A DNA stretch of 64,000 bases from Myxococcales bacterium (GTDB taxonomy: Bacteria; Myxococcota_A; Polyangia; Palsa-1104). Shown here in pieces: positions 49,377-58,704 of this stretch. The translations under genes were made by a program, and so were the position numbers. The stretch is from positions 22,279-86,278 of the forward strand of contig JAYUBF010000332.1 in the NCBI GenBank assembly GCA_043741435.1, read 5' to 3'. A model generated the notes under the pieces. That model was not told where the DNA came from. It saw nothing but the letters and a program-made list of their open reading frames with translations, and did no database searches. Position 1 is the stretch's first letter. Every line of letters starts with the position of its first letter.

Positions 49377-49849
49377 GATGTAACTCATGTTTTCGGCTCC
49401 TCGCCCTTCGGCTCCGGTTCCACTTCTGCTCAAGCCTCAACGGCACGTTCTCCGAGGGATCGACCGCCGTCACTCAGGACATGGCCGGTGAAGGGGACAT
49501 GTCCGGTGGCGGGCCCTACTCCTGCAACGCGAGCGGGCGCTGCTACGACCTCAAGGGCAACTTCAACAAGGCTGGTGCGGACAACGCCTGCGGGGCTCTC
49601 CAAGCTGGCCTCTCCGCAACGAGCGGTGCCTGCGATCAGACCGGCGCCCTCTACCAAGTGCACCGTCAGCGTCAGTACCGTAGTCTGGTACTACTCGGGA
49701 TCCTCGGCGGCGGCGCAGTCGCACTGCAGCAGCCTCAGCGGCACCTTCTCGACTCTCTGACTGGATTTTCCCTCACTCGCTCAACAAGGAGCGGTGCTGA
49801 GCAATCCTCTACCGCAACGCAAGGTGTAGTCGCCGACCGACGCTCACGC

Positions 49850-50170
49850 TCACGCCGCCTCGACCGCGACCCTGAGCTTGAGGCCACCTGCGGACACAGC
49901 GTCCTGCAAGGCGAGCTGGACCAACACTTGCGCCGGATGTCCGAACGCACGCGCGAATCGAGCTGCCTGCTCAGGGCTCACGAGGCGGCGACCCTTCTCC
50001 ACGTCGCAGAGGTACTGACGCGAGAGGCCGAGCTTCTTCGCGAACTCGACCTGCGACCACTCGTCACGCACGCGCAACGACTCGACCGCCTCACCGAACG
50101 TCACCGGCCCCTTGAGAATCTTGCGCTCCAGCTCATCGACCGAGGAGCCGTTCAATCGCTTTGTGGTCAT
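49850..50170 (-). CDS. XRE-family HTH protein (HigA/antitoxin-like)
   Basis: HTH_XRE core (WSQVEFAKKLGLSRQYLCDVEKGRRLVSPEQAARFARAFG). It sits immediately downstream of the PIN gene on the same strand. Confidence 0.7.
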   Translation of the reverse strand: MTTKRLNGSSVDELERKILKGPVTFGEAVESLRVRDEWSQVEFAKKLGLSRQYLCDVEKGRRLVSPEQAARFARAFGHPAQVLVQLALQDAVSAGGLKLRVAVEAA

Positions 50171-50215
50171 GTCTGTTCACCTCGTCCACGAGCACGGCAC
50201 GCAGCTCGTGAACCC

Positions 50216-50731
50216 TCAGTCGGTGATGATTCCCGGCAACCGCATCGTCTCACCCAGCGGGGCCGTCGATGCATCGAGCACGATGACCCCCGAACTGATC
50301 GCATTGAGCGCAACCGTCATGTCAGCAGCGTTGCCTGTCAGCAAGTAGCGTGCGCCGACGTGGTGGGCGACTGCTGCTATGAGCCGATCGAATTTTACCC
50401 GCACGCGATCAGCGCCAGTCGGGCGCGACGCGATCGTGCGTCCGATGATGTCACCAGCGACGATCGCGGCGTCGGCGTTGAGTGGAGCTACGCGCGTGAC
50501 GCCGAGCACTTCGCCGATCGCCTGGAGCACAACTCCACCGGGGCGCTTCGCGGAGATTTCTGCAAGCACCGGCGCTGGAACGACGATGCCCGCACGCTCC
50601 TTCCTCAGCCGATCGAGGTGTTGCTCCGCGAATCCGCGCCGCTGAAGATCGACGGCGTTCAGCTCCTTGTCAGCCGAGAGGAGCAAGATCAACACGTCGG
50701 AGTCGATCGCGACGACGGGCTTGGGTGCCAT
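50216..50731 (-). CDS. PIN-domain protein (VapC-like putative ribonuclease)
   Basis: N-terminal acidic residue in VAIDSDVLI, with further conserved acidic positions (E in FAEQH, D in KFDRLI, D in NAADM), consistent with the PIN fold. Weak similarity only. Confidence 0.5.
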   Translation of the reverse strand: MAPKPVVAIDSDVLILLLSADKELNAVDLQRRGFAEQHLDRLRKERAGIVVPAPVLAEISAKRPGGVVLQAIGEVLGVTRVAPLNADAAIVAGDIIGRTIASRPTGADRVRVKFDRLIAAVAHHVGARYLLTGNAADMTVALNAISSGVIVLDASTAPLGETMRLPGIITD

Positions 50732-51499
50732 CTACTCGTCCCTGCGGAGTTCTCCAAGGAGCTGAGAACCGCCGAGTGAGATGCCCCTGTCTTCGAGACG
50801 CCTCCTCACCGCACGTACCGTGTTGAGGAAATCATGCTCCTCAAAGGCGTCGATCTTCTCGATCGTGCCTTCCTGATCGAGGCCACCGCGTAGGTAGGTG
50901 ACCTGCGCCTGCACGTTCTTGTCGAAGAGGGGCGCTGACGCCTGCGCGATCTCCGCATCGGTCGTGAAGACGCCTGTGCCGGTGCCATCGGCGTAACGGA
51001 TCGTGACGCGGTAGCTGTTGTTGACGGCTTGCACACCGACGACTCGACCGTAAATCACGTCACCGACCTCGACGTAGCTCGCACGATCCGGCTCCACAGG
51101 AGCGGCGAGGTTGATCTCCTCCTCATCGCGGTCGAGCCGTGAGCGAAAGCGGACGTGGCCGGTCTTCGCAGCGGTGTGCAGTCGGCGGATGCGCTGACGA
51201 ACCTCGGGACCGGAGCCCTCGCCGCGTCGTCGGCAGGCGTCGAGCGTGCGTCGGAGCACCTGCCGCCCCTTCGCCTTGGGACTTCGGAGCGCATAGCCTG
51301 CCGATGCGCTTCGGATCTCCACCAGGCTCAGCTCGGGCATCGGCGCGTTGTGCTCGCGTGCGACGGCCTCGACGAGCGCGATCGTCGCCTCCAACACCGC
51401 GATCGTCTCGCGTACGGGCACGGACTCAGGCGTCACGCCGTCGCCAGCGATGGCGACTTCCAGCTCTCCGCTGCGATCTCTGGAGTTCTTGCGCGCCAT
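50732..51499 (-). CDS. hypothetical protein (255 aa), first gene of the hypothetical/PIN/HTH cassette
   Basis: ORF abutting the PIN gene (stop and start adjacent). No recognisable motif. Confidence 0.45.
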   Translation of the reverse strand: MARKNSRDRSGELEVAIAGDGVTPESVPVRETIAVLEATIALVEAVAREHNAPMPELSLVEIRSASAGYALRSPKAKGRQVLRRTLDACRRRGEGSGPEVRQRIRRLHTAAKTGHVRFRSRLDRDEEEINLAAPVEPDRASYVEVGDVIYGRVVGVQAVNNSYRVTIRYADGTGTGVFTTDAEIAQASAPLFDKNVQAQVTYLRGGLDQEGTIEKIDAFEEHDFLNTVRAVRRRLEDRGISLGGSQLLGELRRDE

Positions 51500-51627
51500 G
51501 CTGCCCCCACCGTATCAAGCGGTGCATCGCTCATCGACTTTATAACACTGAACACAGGTCCAGTCAGCCACTCCGGCTCGTCAGAACTATCGTTTCCGCC
51601 GAGCGACAAGTTGCGTCACAGAGCAGT

Positions 51628-51680
51628 GGCCACAATGGCCACAATCCTGCCAATCATGGCGCTTCCTGACGCTTCCTGAC
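51628..51680 (+). promoter_or_regulatory. short tandem repeats upstream of the cassette (GGCCACAAT x2 at 51628-51645; GCTTCCTGAC x2 at 51661-51680); candidate operator/promoter region
   Basis: Two different perfect 9-10 bp tandem duplications in a locally AT-richer stretch, 130-180 bp upstream of the 50732..51499 start. Confidence 0.3.
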
Positions 51681-51718
51681 GCTGCGACATCGAGGAATAC
51701 CAACAACTTCGCGCCGCG

Positions 51719-51780
51719 AAGAGGCGTTCAGGTTCCAGTGGGAGAAATCCCTTAGGGGTTCGCCCCCCCTCTTTCGCACC
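51719..51780 (+). repeat. structured direct repeat copy 2
   Basis: aagaggcgttcaggttccagtgggagaaatcccttaggggttcgccccccctctttcgcacc, compared with copy 1 aagaggggtggtgctagattcagttccagtgggagaaatcccttggggggttcgaccccctctttcgcacc. Confidence 0.6.
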
Positions 51781-52019
51781 AGCCGAATTACTTGGGGTTC
51801 TGGTTTTTCCTACCGGTCGATGCCTTCTTGCTGTCCCGCTCTCGATTGCCGATTCGGGCAACCGAGGCCAGCACGGCTCTCGCGGCGCGCTGCGACGGCC
51901 GGATATACCGCGCCGTCGTCGAGTAGTGTTTGTGCCCGGCGACGAACATCGTGCCGGGCAGGTTCGCGTTGTTCTCGGCGAGCTGAGTGAGGCGCCCGCG
52001 GCCTTGTCACGCCCCGCGA

Positions 52020-52625
52020 TCAGCGGTGCTTTCGGATTTCCTGCTTCCCCTCGCCTTCGAGCTGGATCCACTTCTTGTCGCGGTTCTTCCAGACCTCGCT
52101 CTGAACCGCGCTCTTCGCGGCAGGCGCAGCGACGCCACCGTACGACGTGGCCGCTTCGTTCGCGCTCTTGTTGATGTCCTGCACCAGCGGATTCGGCATG
52201 CGCGTCGCGGACATGTGGAACTTCGTCGACGAGCTCGGGCTGCCGCGGTGCGAGTCGATACAATAGACGTCGAGCCGGGCGACGATCTTGCCGCCCGCGG
52301 GGATGGTCACCTTCTCCTTGCGCGCCTCGTCACCTTGGATGAGGAACGGGCCGACGGATCCGAGTCGCTGCGGTGCCTCGTTGGGGTTGGCGTCAGGAAC
52401 GAAGAACAACCCCTGCGCGGCGAAGACCTCCGGGTTCTTGCCGTCGTTGCGAACCTCGATGTTGATAGCTCCGTTGGTGGCGCCGTCGTACGAGAGCACG
52501 CGGACGTGAAGGTGAGAAGCTGCAGTTCCCTCGGCCGCGGGCACCGCTACACCGTTGGTGCCGGCAAATGCATTGGTCGCGAGTGCGAGAAACGAGACAG
52601 CGGCGAAGAGCGTGCGCATCGACAT
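52020..52625 (-). CDS. secreted hypothetical protein
   Basis: Signal peptide MSMRTLFAAVSFLALATNAFAG; no motif. Confidence 0.45.
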   Translation of the reverse strand: MSMRTLFAAVSFLALATNAFAGTNGVAVPAAEGTAASHLHVRVLSYDGATNGAINIEVRNDGKNPEVFAAQGLFFVPDANPNEAPQRLGSVGPFLIQGDEARKEKVTIPAGGKIVARLDVYCIDSHRGSPSSSTKFHMSATRMPNPLVQDINKSANEAATSYGGVAAPAAKSAVQSEVWKNRDKKWIQLEGEGKQEIRKHR

Positions 52626-52681
52626 GGGTTTCCTCCGGGAAACCGATGTCTACGCGTGCGGCTCGAATTCGATCTGACGTT

Positions 52682-52999
52682 TCAGCGACCGCGGTAACCG
52701 GAGACTCGCCCGGTGGGCCGTTCCGCGCGTTCGCAGGTCTCTTCGAGCCGCGCGCGCGCGTTGGCGAGCCGAGCCTGCCAGCGCGCGTCGATCTGCAGCA
52801 CCATGTCGAGCATCGCCTTCTCGCGTGACCCCAGCTTCTGGCCGGCAGCGATGAGCCCTGCCAACTCGCTCAAGATGAGCTGGCGCTCATGCGCGATGAT
52901 CTCCGCCTGGAGCAAGAGCTGATCGAGCGGGATCTCGTCGTCGGGCGGTTGCGGCGTCGCGTCGAACAATCGCTGAAGGGACTGTTCGACCGCGCTCAT
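52682..52999 (-). CDS. hypothetical helical protein downstream of fliS (possible flagellar chaperone, FliT-like by position only)
   Basis: 105 aa, predicted alpha-helical, with its start abutting the fliS stop. No motif identified. Confidence 0.35.
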   Translation of the reverse strand: MSAVEQSLQRLFDATPQPPDDEIPLDQLLLQAEIIAHERQLILSELAGLIAAGQKLGSREKAMLDMVLQIDARWQARLANARARLEETCERAERPTGRVSGYRGR

Positions 53000-53406
53000 T
53001 ATCGTGCCCCGGTCGAAGCCGCGATGGCGGTCATCGGAATCCCACGAGCGATCTGCTCGAAGGCATCTTGCAGCACGACCACCACACGGCGCGCTTCGAC
53101 GAGCGGATGCGGATCCATGCGGCTATTGGCGTGGGAGATTCGCTCGAGGACGTAGTCGTAGAGGCCCGCGAGCTGGTCGCATAGCTCCGGCGCCGCAGCG
53201 CGATCGAGCGCGTCGACCAGCACGCTGCAGATCTGGTGTGCGTGGTTGAGCACGAGCCCCTTGCCGCCCGCGTCGTTGCCTCGAATCTTCGTGATCGCCT
53301 CGTCGAGGTCTCGGATGAGCCTCGCGTAGAGCGCACGCAACACCTGATCGGGCGCCATCGTCTCGACGGCGGATTCTGCGTAGCCGCGACGCGCTTTGTA
53401 GCTCAT
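52999..53406 (-). CDS. fliS: flagellar export chaperone FliS
   Basis: FliS motifs (YAESAVETMAPDQVLRALYARLIRDLDEAI...LCDQLAGLYDYVLERI). Start taken at MSYKARRGY; the annotated ORF extends to 53505. It overlaps the fliD stop. Confidence 0.85.
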   Translation of the reverse strand: MSYKARRGYAESAVETMAPDQVLRALYARLIRDLDEAITKIRGNDAGGKGLVLNHAHQICSVLVDALDRAAAPELCDQLAGLYDYVLERISHANSRMDPHPLVEARRVVVVLQDAFEQIARGIPMTAIAASTGAR

Positions 53407-54734
53407 CGGTTGTTGTTGGCCGCGTTGGCGAGCTGGGTGAGATAGCTCTGTTGGCTCTTGTAGGTCTGGGTCAGCGCGTCGAGCTTCGCGAACTGTGACG
53501 TCCACTGGGTGCGCATGAGCTCGGCGCGGTCCTCGATCTTGGCGATCTGGGCAGCGAGCTTGCCGAGGTTGTCGTTGCGATTGGTCTTCGCGAGCGTCAG
53601 CACGCCCGAGGTGCCGGCGAACCGATCGACGAGATCGTTCAGCGACTTTGCGAGGCCGTTGTTCCGGTCGCCGACGAAGAGGTTCTGCACCGCCTTCGGA
53701 TCTTTTTGCAACGCTGCGGTGAGCTTGTCCTGGTCGAGCGTCAGCGTGCCATCGGAGTTCAGCTTGATGCCGATCATGCCGACGCTCGTGGTGGCGCCGT
53801 TCGCCGTGTATGAAGTGGAGAGCACCGAGCCGAGGTTCTGGCGAAGCGCCACGACGCTCCGGTCACCGAACAGCGTCTCGGGACCGAGCTTGGCACCCGA
53901 ATACGTGGTCTGCGAGTTGACGTTGCGCACCACCGAGTTGTACGCATCGATGAGCGCGCTCAGTTTGCTTGCAGTCGCACTGTTGTCACCGGTGACGGAC
54001 AAGGTCACGGGCCCGGCGCTCACATCGTTGAGCGCCAAGGTCAGCCCGGGGATCACGTCGGACACGCTGTTGCTCGAACGCGTCACGTCGAGGCCGTTGA
54101 CGGTGAGCTTCGCATCCTGCGCGGCCACCTGCGTGCCCATCGCGAGGCTGGATCCGGAGTCGCTGAACGCAATCGCACCGGCGCTGCCGGTCTGCTTCGA
54201 GTCCACGACCAGGCGATACTTGCTGCCGTCGTACAGCACCGAGGCAGACGCTATGCCACCAGCCTGCGCATTGATCTTGGCGGCAATCGTAGAGAGAGAA
54301 TCGGTGGCGTCGTAGTCCACGTTGATGGGCGAGCCGCTGCCCGCCTGCAACGTGAGTGTGCCCGAGCCCGCGATGCCAGCGGTATCACTGTCGAGCTGCG
54401 TCGACGCGCTGGTTTGTGCAGTCGCGATCTGCGTGACGTTGACCTTGTAGGCGCCCGCGCGAACGGCGCCACTGACGCTTGCCGACACGCTGCCCTCGTT
54501 GCTCGACTTTGCCGCGTAGGCCTGTGCGCCGGCAACGGTGGCCATGCCCTTCGCGAGCGTCCCGAACGATTGCAGCTGCGAGATGATGCCGCCGAGGAGG
54601 GAGATCTGGTTCTGCGTCGCGGCTTGCTTGTTCTGGATTGCTACTTTGGGAACCTTTTCGGCGGAGACCATCGCGTCGATGACCGCCGTGGAGTCGAACG
54701 CCAAGCCTACGCCCGAGGTTAAGGTGGTCGACAT
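53403..54734 (-). CDS. fliD: flagellar filament capping protein FliD
   Basis: FliD N-terminal and C-terminal helical regions (...IAKIEDRAELMRTQWTSQFAKLDALTQTYKSQQSYL) and the central FliD domain. Confidence 0.85.
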   Translation of the reverse strand: MSTTLTSGVGLAFDSTAVIDAMVSAEKVPKVAIQNKQAATQNQISLLGGIISQLQSFGTLAKGMATVAGAQAYAAKSSNEGSVSASVSGAVRAGAYKVNVTQIATAQTSASTQLDSDTAGIAGSGTLTLQAGSGSPINVDYDATDSLSTIAAKINAQAGGIASASVLYDGSKYRLVVDSKQTGSAGAIAFSDSGSSLAMGTQVAAQDAKLTVNGLDVTRSSNSVSDVIPGLTLALNDVSAGPVTLSVTGDNSATASKLSALIDAYNSVVRNVNSQTTYSGAKLGPETLFGDRSVVALRQNLGSVLSTSYTANGATTSVGMIGIKLNSDGTLTLDQDKLTAALQKDPKAVQNLFVGDRNNGLAKSLNDLVDRFAGTSGVLTLAKTNRNDNLGKLAAQIAKIEDRAELMRTQWTSQFAKLDALTQTYKSQQSYLTQLANAANNNR

Positions 54735-54782
54735 TCGAGTCTCCTAGATCCGTTGCAAAAGAAGCGTCCGACTCGTTGAAGG

Positions 54783-54820
54783 CGAGGCCGGCAGCGCAGC
54801 ACACTACGCCGCCGGCCTCG
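54783..54820 (-). terminator. candidate intrinsic terminator hairpin after fliC (10 bp GC-rich stem CGAGGCCGGC/GCCGGCCTCG, 18 nt loop)
   Basis: Perfect inverted repeat 21-58 bp downstream of the fliC stop on the minus strand. Only a short U-run (CUUCUUUU) about 25 nt further on, so the trailing poly-U is weak. Confidence 0.3.
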
Positions 54821-54840
54821 GTTCAGAACGGGCGGGCGCC

Positions 54841-55659
54841 TTAGCCGCGGAGCAGGCTCAATGCAGCCTGCGGCAGCTGGTTCGCTTGCGCGAGGACAGC
54901 GGTGCCGGCTTGCACGAGCACGTTGTTGCGGGCGAGGTTGGCAGACTCGGAAGCCACGTCGACGTCGCGGATGCGCGAAAGGGCGGCCGACAAGTTCACC
55001 GACTCGTTGGTCGCGTTGTCCGCGGCCGAGGTGAGCTGGTTCTGCGCGGCGCCGGCGCCAGCCTGGGCCGTGGACAGTGTGGTGATCGCGGTGTTGACCG
55101 CGGCGAGCGCAGCGCCTGCCGTCGCGGCGGTGAGCGTGAGACCCGCCACGCCGAGCGTCGTCGTGTCCGTCTTCGAGAACGTGACGGAGATGGAGTCCGA
55201 CGCGCCGTTGGTGATACCGACCTGCATGGCAACGGTGCTACCCGCCGACAACATGCTCACGCCAGAAAACTGGGTCGACGAAGCGATGCGGTTGACTTCG
55301 TTGATGAGCGCCTGGAACTCCGTGTTGGTGTCGGCAACCTGCGCGGCCGAGTACGTGCCGTTCATGGCCTGCACGGCCAGCTCTTTCATGCGGGTGAGCA
55401 CACTCGCCTGCCCGCTCATCGCGCCGGAGGCGACCTGCACCATCGACACGCCGTCGTTGGCGTTGCGCGCGGCTTGGTTGTAGCCGCGGATGTCAGCAGC
55501 CTGCTGCTGGCTGATGGCAAGGCCGGCTGCGTCGTCAGATGCGTCGTTGACGCGCATACCGGACGAGAGGTGGGCGATGCTGGCGCTCAGCGAGCGACTG
55601 TTGATACCCAAAGACCGTTGTGCACCCTGCGCGGCGACGTTGCTGTAAATTGAAAGCAT
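54841..55659 (-). CDS. fliC: flagellin
   Basis: Conserved flagellin N-terminus (GLAISQQQAADIRGYNQAARNANDGVSMVQVASGAM) and C-terminus (LSRIRDVDVASESANLARNNVLVQAGTAVLAQANQLPQAALSLL). The variable domain is short, giving 272 aa. RBS GGAGG is present. Confidence 0.9.
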   Translation of the reverse strand: MLSIYSNVAAQGAQRSLGINSRSLSASIAHLSSGMRVNDASDDAAGLAISQQQAADIRGYNQAARNANDGVSMVQVASGAMSGQASVLTRMKELAVQAMNGTYSAAQVADTNTEFQALINEVNRIASSTQFSGVSMLSAGSTVAMQVGITNGASDSISVTFSKTDTTTLGVAGLTLTAATAGAALAAVNTAITTLSTAQAGAGAAQNQLTSAADNATNESVNLSAALSRIRDVDVASESANLARNNVLVQAGTAVLAQANQLPQAALSLLRG

Positions 55660-55746
55660 TTTCGTTTCCTCCGGTTGGTTTGGCTTGCTACCCGTTCACT
55701 GGATTGGATCGACCATCGCCCTAGAACCCTGAAGGGGGGAGCAAAA

Positions 55747-56622
55747 CTATCGATTCGGCTTCACCATCGCGACGACCTGTGCAGCGACGGCAGCGGCCGA
55801 GTCGAGGATGTTCTTCGCATTGACCAACGAGGTGGCGCCCTGCACCGGATCGAGGTCGATGAGCTTCGCGTGACGATCGGCGAGCTGAAGCTCGAACGAG
55901 GTGCGCGCGTCGTCGCTGATGAGCAGTGTGGAGAGGCTATTGCCTACTTCCTGGCGTCCGTTGGCGATCTGCGAGACCGACGATGTGAGCCCCGGAATTG
56001 ACGCCTGGATGCCTGCCACGTTATTTGCCGCGAGTGCGGTAGCAAAGCTGTCGAGCACGGTGAGCACGTTTACACCGGTACCCGAGCTGATGATGTTGCC
56101 GGTCACCGAAACGGCCGTGAAGCCACCTTGCGCGGTCTCGATGCTGCGCGTGTTCGCGTCGCCGTTGTAGTTTCCCGCTGCGTCGAAAGGCGCCGTACCG
56201 CCGCGACTGCCGGCGAGCAGATACTCTCCATCGGGAGCCTGCACGTTCGCGAGCGCCAGAACCTGAGCCCGAATGCCCGTGATGGCACTGGCCATGGACG
56301 CGCGATCGGCCGCGGAGAGCGTGCCGTTCGCGGCCTGCACCGCCAGGGCCTTCGTCTGCTCGATGAGGCCGCCGATCGCTGCAAGCGCGCCATCGGTCTG
56401 TTGCAGCTTGTCCTGCGCGGTGGCGATCCCACTGCCGCGCGAGCTCGATTCGGCCGTGCGCGCCGCGGTTCGCTGGCCTTCGGCCCACGCAGCCACGTCA
56501 TCGGAGGGCTTCGTCACCTTGGTCCCGGTGCTGGCAGCCAATGCGGCAGCGCCGGCTTTGTCGCGAGCGCTGCTCACGTGGTCGCCGGAGAGAGTGAGCA
56601 ATCGCGATTCGGTGATGCGCAT
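55747..56622 (-). CDS. flgL: flagellar hook-associated protein 3 FlgL
   Basis: Flagellin-like N and C helices (ANGRQEVGNSLSTL...) without flagellin length. It lies between flgK and fliC. Confidence 0.8.
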   Translation of the reverse strand: MRITESRLLTLSGDHVSSARDKAGAAALAASTGTKVTKPSDDVAAWAEGQRTAARTAESSSRGSGIATAQDKLQQTDGALAAIGGLIEQTKALAVQAANGTLSAADRASMASAITGIRAQVLALANVQAPDGEYLLAGSRGGTAPFDAAGNYNGDANTRSIETAQGGFTAVSVTGNIISSGTGVNVLTVLDSFATALAANNVAGIQASIPGLTSSVSQIANGRQEVGNSLSTLLISDDARTSFELQLADRHAKLIDLDPVQGATSLVNAKNILDSAAAVAAQVVAMVKPNR

Positions 56623-56629
56623 GGGAACC

Positions 56630-58000
56630 TCAGAGGTTGTTGATGAGGTCTTTCAGGAGGTCGTTCACGGTCGCGACGAACTTGGTCGCGGCCTGGCTGG
56701 CGGTCTGGAGCTTGTTGAGCGCTGCGAGCTCGTCTTCGGTGCTGACGCCGGAGATGGAGTCGCGCATCGCGGCGAGGGCATCGGCGCGGCTCGCTGCGAG
56801 AGCGCTCGCGTTGCTCGCGGCACTGGCCTGCGCACCGACGTCGGCCACGAGCGCGATGGACTCGTCGCTCAGCGTGCGCGAGCCGCCGCCGGCGACCTTC
56901 TGGTCCCGCAGCGCCGCGAGCGCGGCGGCGCCGCCCGCGCTCGACGGTCCCTGGCCGGCGGTGGCAAGTGCGATCTTGCTTGGATCAGCGACGATCACCG
57001 CGGAGACCGACATGGCCTTCGCGGCGCCGGAGACCACGGCGGGCTGCGTGAAGAAGTCGCGGTTGGTGAGCCCATCCTGACCAGCGCCGAAACGGTGCAC
57101 GGTGTTGACCTGGTTGGCGATGTCGTACGCGAGCTGGTCCAGGCGCGCGGCACTGGCGGCAGCGCTGCCGTCACGAAACGAGATCTGACCGGCGATCGAT
57201 CCGCCATCGAGCGAGCTCGTCACGTTGGAGACGTGCGTGCCGTCGACGACGTCGACACGAACATGGTTGTTGAGCGAAGTATCGGCGGTGGCCACCACCG
57301 AGGCCGCGTGGCTTCCGTCGACCAGCACCGCGCCCGAGCCGAGCACGAAGCGCATCTGACCATCTGGGTCGATGCGCGCCTGCCCACCGACAATGCCGGC
57401 GAGCTGCTTGGCAGCCAGATCACGCTTGTCGGCGAGCACTGGATCGGGTGATGTTTTGAGCGACTTGTTGGCCGCGGCGATCTGGGACGCGAGCTGCGTG
57501 GCTTGCGTCGCGTAGTCGGCGATGCGGCTGTCGGACTCGGTCTGCGCTGCGGAGATGGTGGCCGCCGCGTTCGAGATCTGCGTGGAGAGCTTCTGTGCCG
57601 TTGCCACCACCTGGGTGCGAAGCACGCCGTCCATCGGTGCCGCCGCTGCCGCCGAGACGGACCCGAAGAAGCCACCGAGGGCGCTCGAGATGCTGGCGTT
57701 GGAGTCCGCGAGGCTCGCCTCGAGCCCTGCGAGCGACATGGCCATGGAGTCCGTGCTGCCGCTTTGTCCCGAGGCGCTGCGCTCGCTATTGCTCAACAGA
57801 TCGCTGCCCACGCGCGTGGGGTCGCCTGCGAGCACCCCACCGACGGTGGGCGCGGCCAGCTGCGATTCGAAGGCCACCCGCTCGCGCTGGTAGCCTTCCG
57901 TGTTGGCGTTGGCGATGTTGCGACCGGTGACGGCGACGCCCGAATTCTGGGCAGCGATGGCACCCGCACCGAGATCGAGCAATCCGAGCAAGCTGCTCAT
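56630..58000 (-). CDS. flgK: flagellar hook-associated protein 1 FlgK
   Basis: N-terminal GVAVTGRNIANANTEGYQRE and a C-terminal Flg_bbr_C-like region (LAALNKLQTASQAATKFVATVNDLL). Confidence 0.85.
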   Translation of the reverse strand: MSSLLGLLDLGAGAIAAQNSGVAVTGRNIANANTEGYQRERVAFESQLAAPTVGGVLAGDPTRVGSDLLSNSERSASGQSGSTDSMAMSLAGLEASLADSNASISSALGGFFGSVSAAAAAPMDGVLRTQVVATAQKLSTQISNAAATISAAQTESDSRIADYATQATQLASQIAAANKSLKTSPDPVLADKRDLAAKQLAGIVGGQARIDPDGQMRFVLGSGAVLVDGSHAASVVATADTSLNNHVRVDVVDGTHVSNVTSSLDGGSIAGQISFRDGSAAASAARLDQLAYDIANQVNTVHRFGAGQDGLTNRDFFTQPAVVSGAAKAMSVSAVIVADPSKIALATAGQGPSSAGGAAALAALRDQKVAGGGSRTLSDESIALVADVGAQASAASNASALAASRADALAAMRDSISGVSTEDELAALNKLQTASQAATKFVATVNDLLKDLINNL

Positions 58001-58007
58001 GGGGAAC

Positions 58008-58397
58008 CTACATCGCTTTCGCGCGACGCGGCTCGTACGTCGAGAAGCGACGAGCGCGGGCGTTGTAGAGGTTGTTCTCGTCCGACAGACCGAGATGCGC
58101 GGAGACGGCCTTGCCCACGCTCTGGAGCAGGAGAGCGTTGGCGTGACCGCGCTGTCGAACTCGATTGAACAGGCGCGTGAGGTGCTCGCGCTCGTTCGGG
58201 CTGGCGGCGCTTTCGTCGTTGGCCGCTCTGGCCGCCGACAGCTCCTCGACGAGGCGCTTCTTGTCCTCGGTCAAGGCAAAGATGGCGTCGATCTGAAACG
58301 TGGCGACCGCGACTCGTTCACGCTCGAGGACCAGCAACATTCTTTCGAGGGTCTCTATCAGTCGACCCATCTGCGGTCCTTTTGCGGGCTGTGTCAT
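58008..58397 (-). CDS. flgN: flagellar synthesis chaperone FlgN-like protein
   Basis: 129 aa helical protein between flgM and flgK. FlgN-like N-terminus (LIETLERMLLVLERERVAVATFQIDAI). Confidence 0.6.
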   Translation of the reverse strand: MTQPAKGPQMGRLIETLERMLLVLERERVAVATFQIDAIFALTEDKKRLVEELSAARAANDESAASPNEREHLTRLFNRVRQRGHANALLLQSVGKAVSAHLGLSDENNLYNARARRFSTYEPRRAKAM

Positions 58398-58675
58398 CTC
58401 GGTCCTCTCTCGACCTCGTCCCTCGCCATCGCCTCGGCCACGCGCCGGACGTCGACGGGGTAGTGGTTGTTTTCGATCCGCTGCGCGAGAGCGCGAATGC
58501 GCGCACTGCGCTCAGCGGCGGAGCTCTCGGCCTTGCTGACGATCTCCGTCGACAGCGCGCCGATTTTCACCTTCGCTGCGTCGTCCGAAGACGTCGGCGC
58601 GTCGGTCTTGCTGGGGGCCGAACGAACTTCGGGAGTACGTTCGACCTCGACTGAAGGCTTGTCGGTAATACGCAT
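58394..58675 (-). CDS. flgM: anti-sigma-28 factor FlgM
   Basis: 93 aa. C-terminal FlgM motif (KVKIGALSTEIVSKAESSAAERSARIRALAQRIENNHYPVDVRRVAEAM). Confidence 0.8.
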   Translation of the reverse strand: MRITDKPSVEVERTPEVRSAPSKTDAPTSSDDAAKVKIGALSTEIVSKAESSAAERSARIRALAQRIENNHYPVDVRRVAEAMARDEVERGPR

Positions 58676-58704
58676 CGCACCTCTCCCACATGGAGGTTCG
58701 ACCG

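Noticed and set aside
49223-50779. A 518 aa plus-strand ORF across the repeat/HTH/PIN region, including a Cys-containing N-terminal segment (MSGGGPYSCNASGRCYDLKGNFNKAGADNACG...).
   Set aside because: It runs antisense through the entire HTH and PIN genes with no stop, and no convincing RBS/start combination yields a short independent peptide. I judge it spurious, although a small Cys peptide gene near 49480 cannot be fully excluded.
55660-55746. A search for a sigma-28 promoter (TAAA-N15-GCCGATAA) upstream of the flagellin gene.
   Set aside because: Only a weak GTCGATCC-like -10 resemblance and no TAAA -35. I could not support a call from sequence alone, though the RBS GGAGG is clear.
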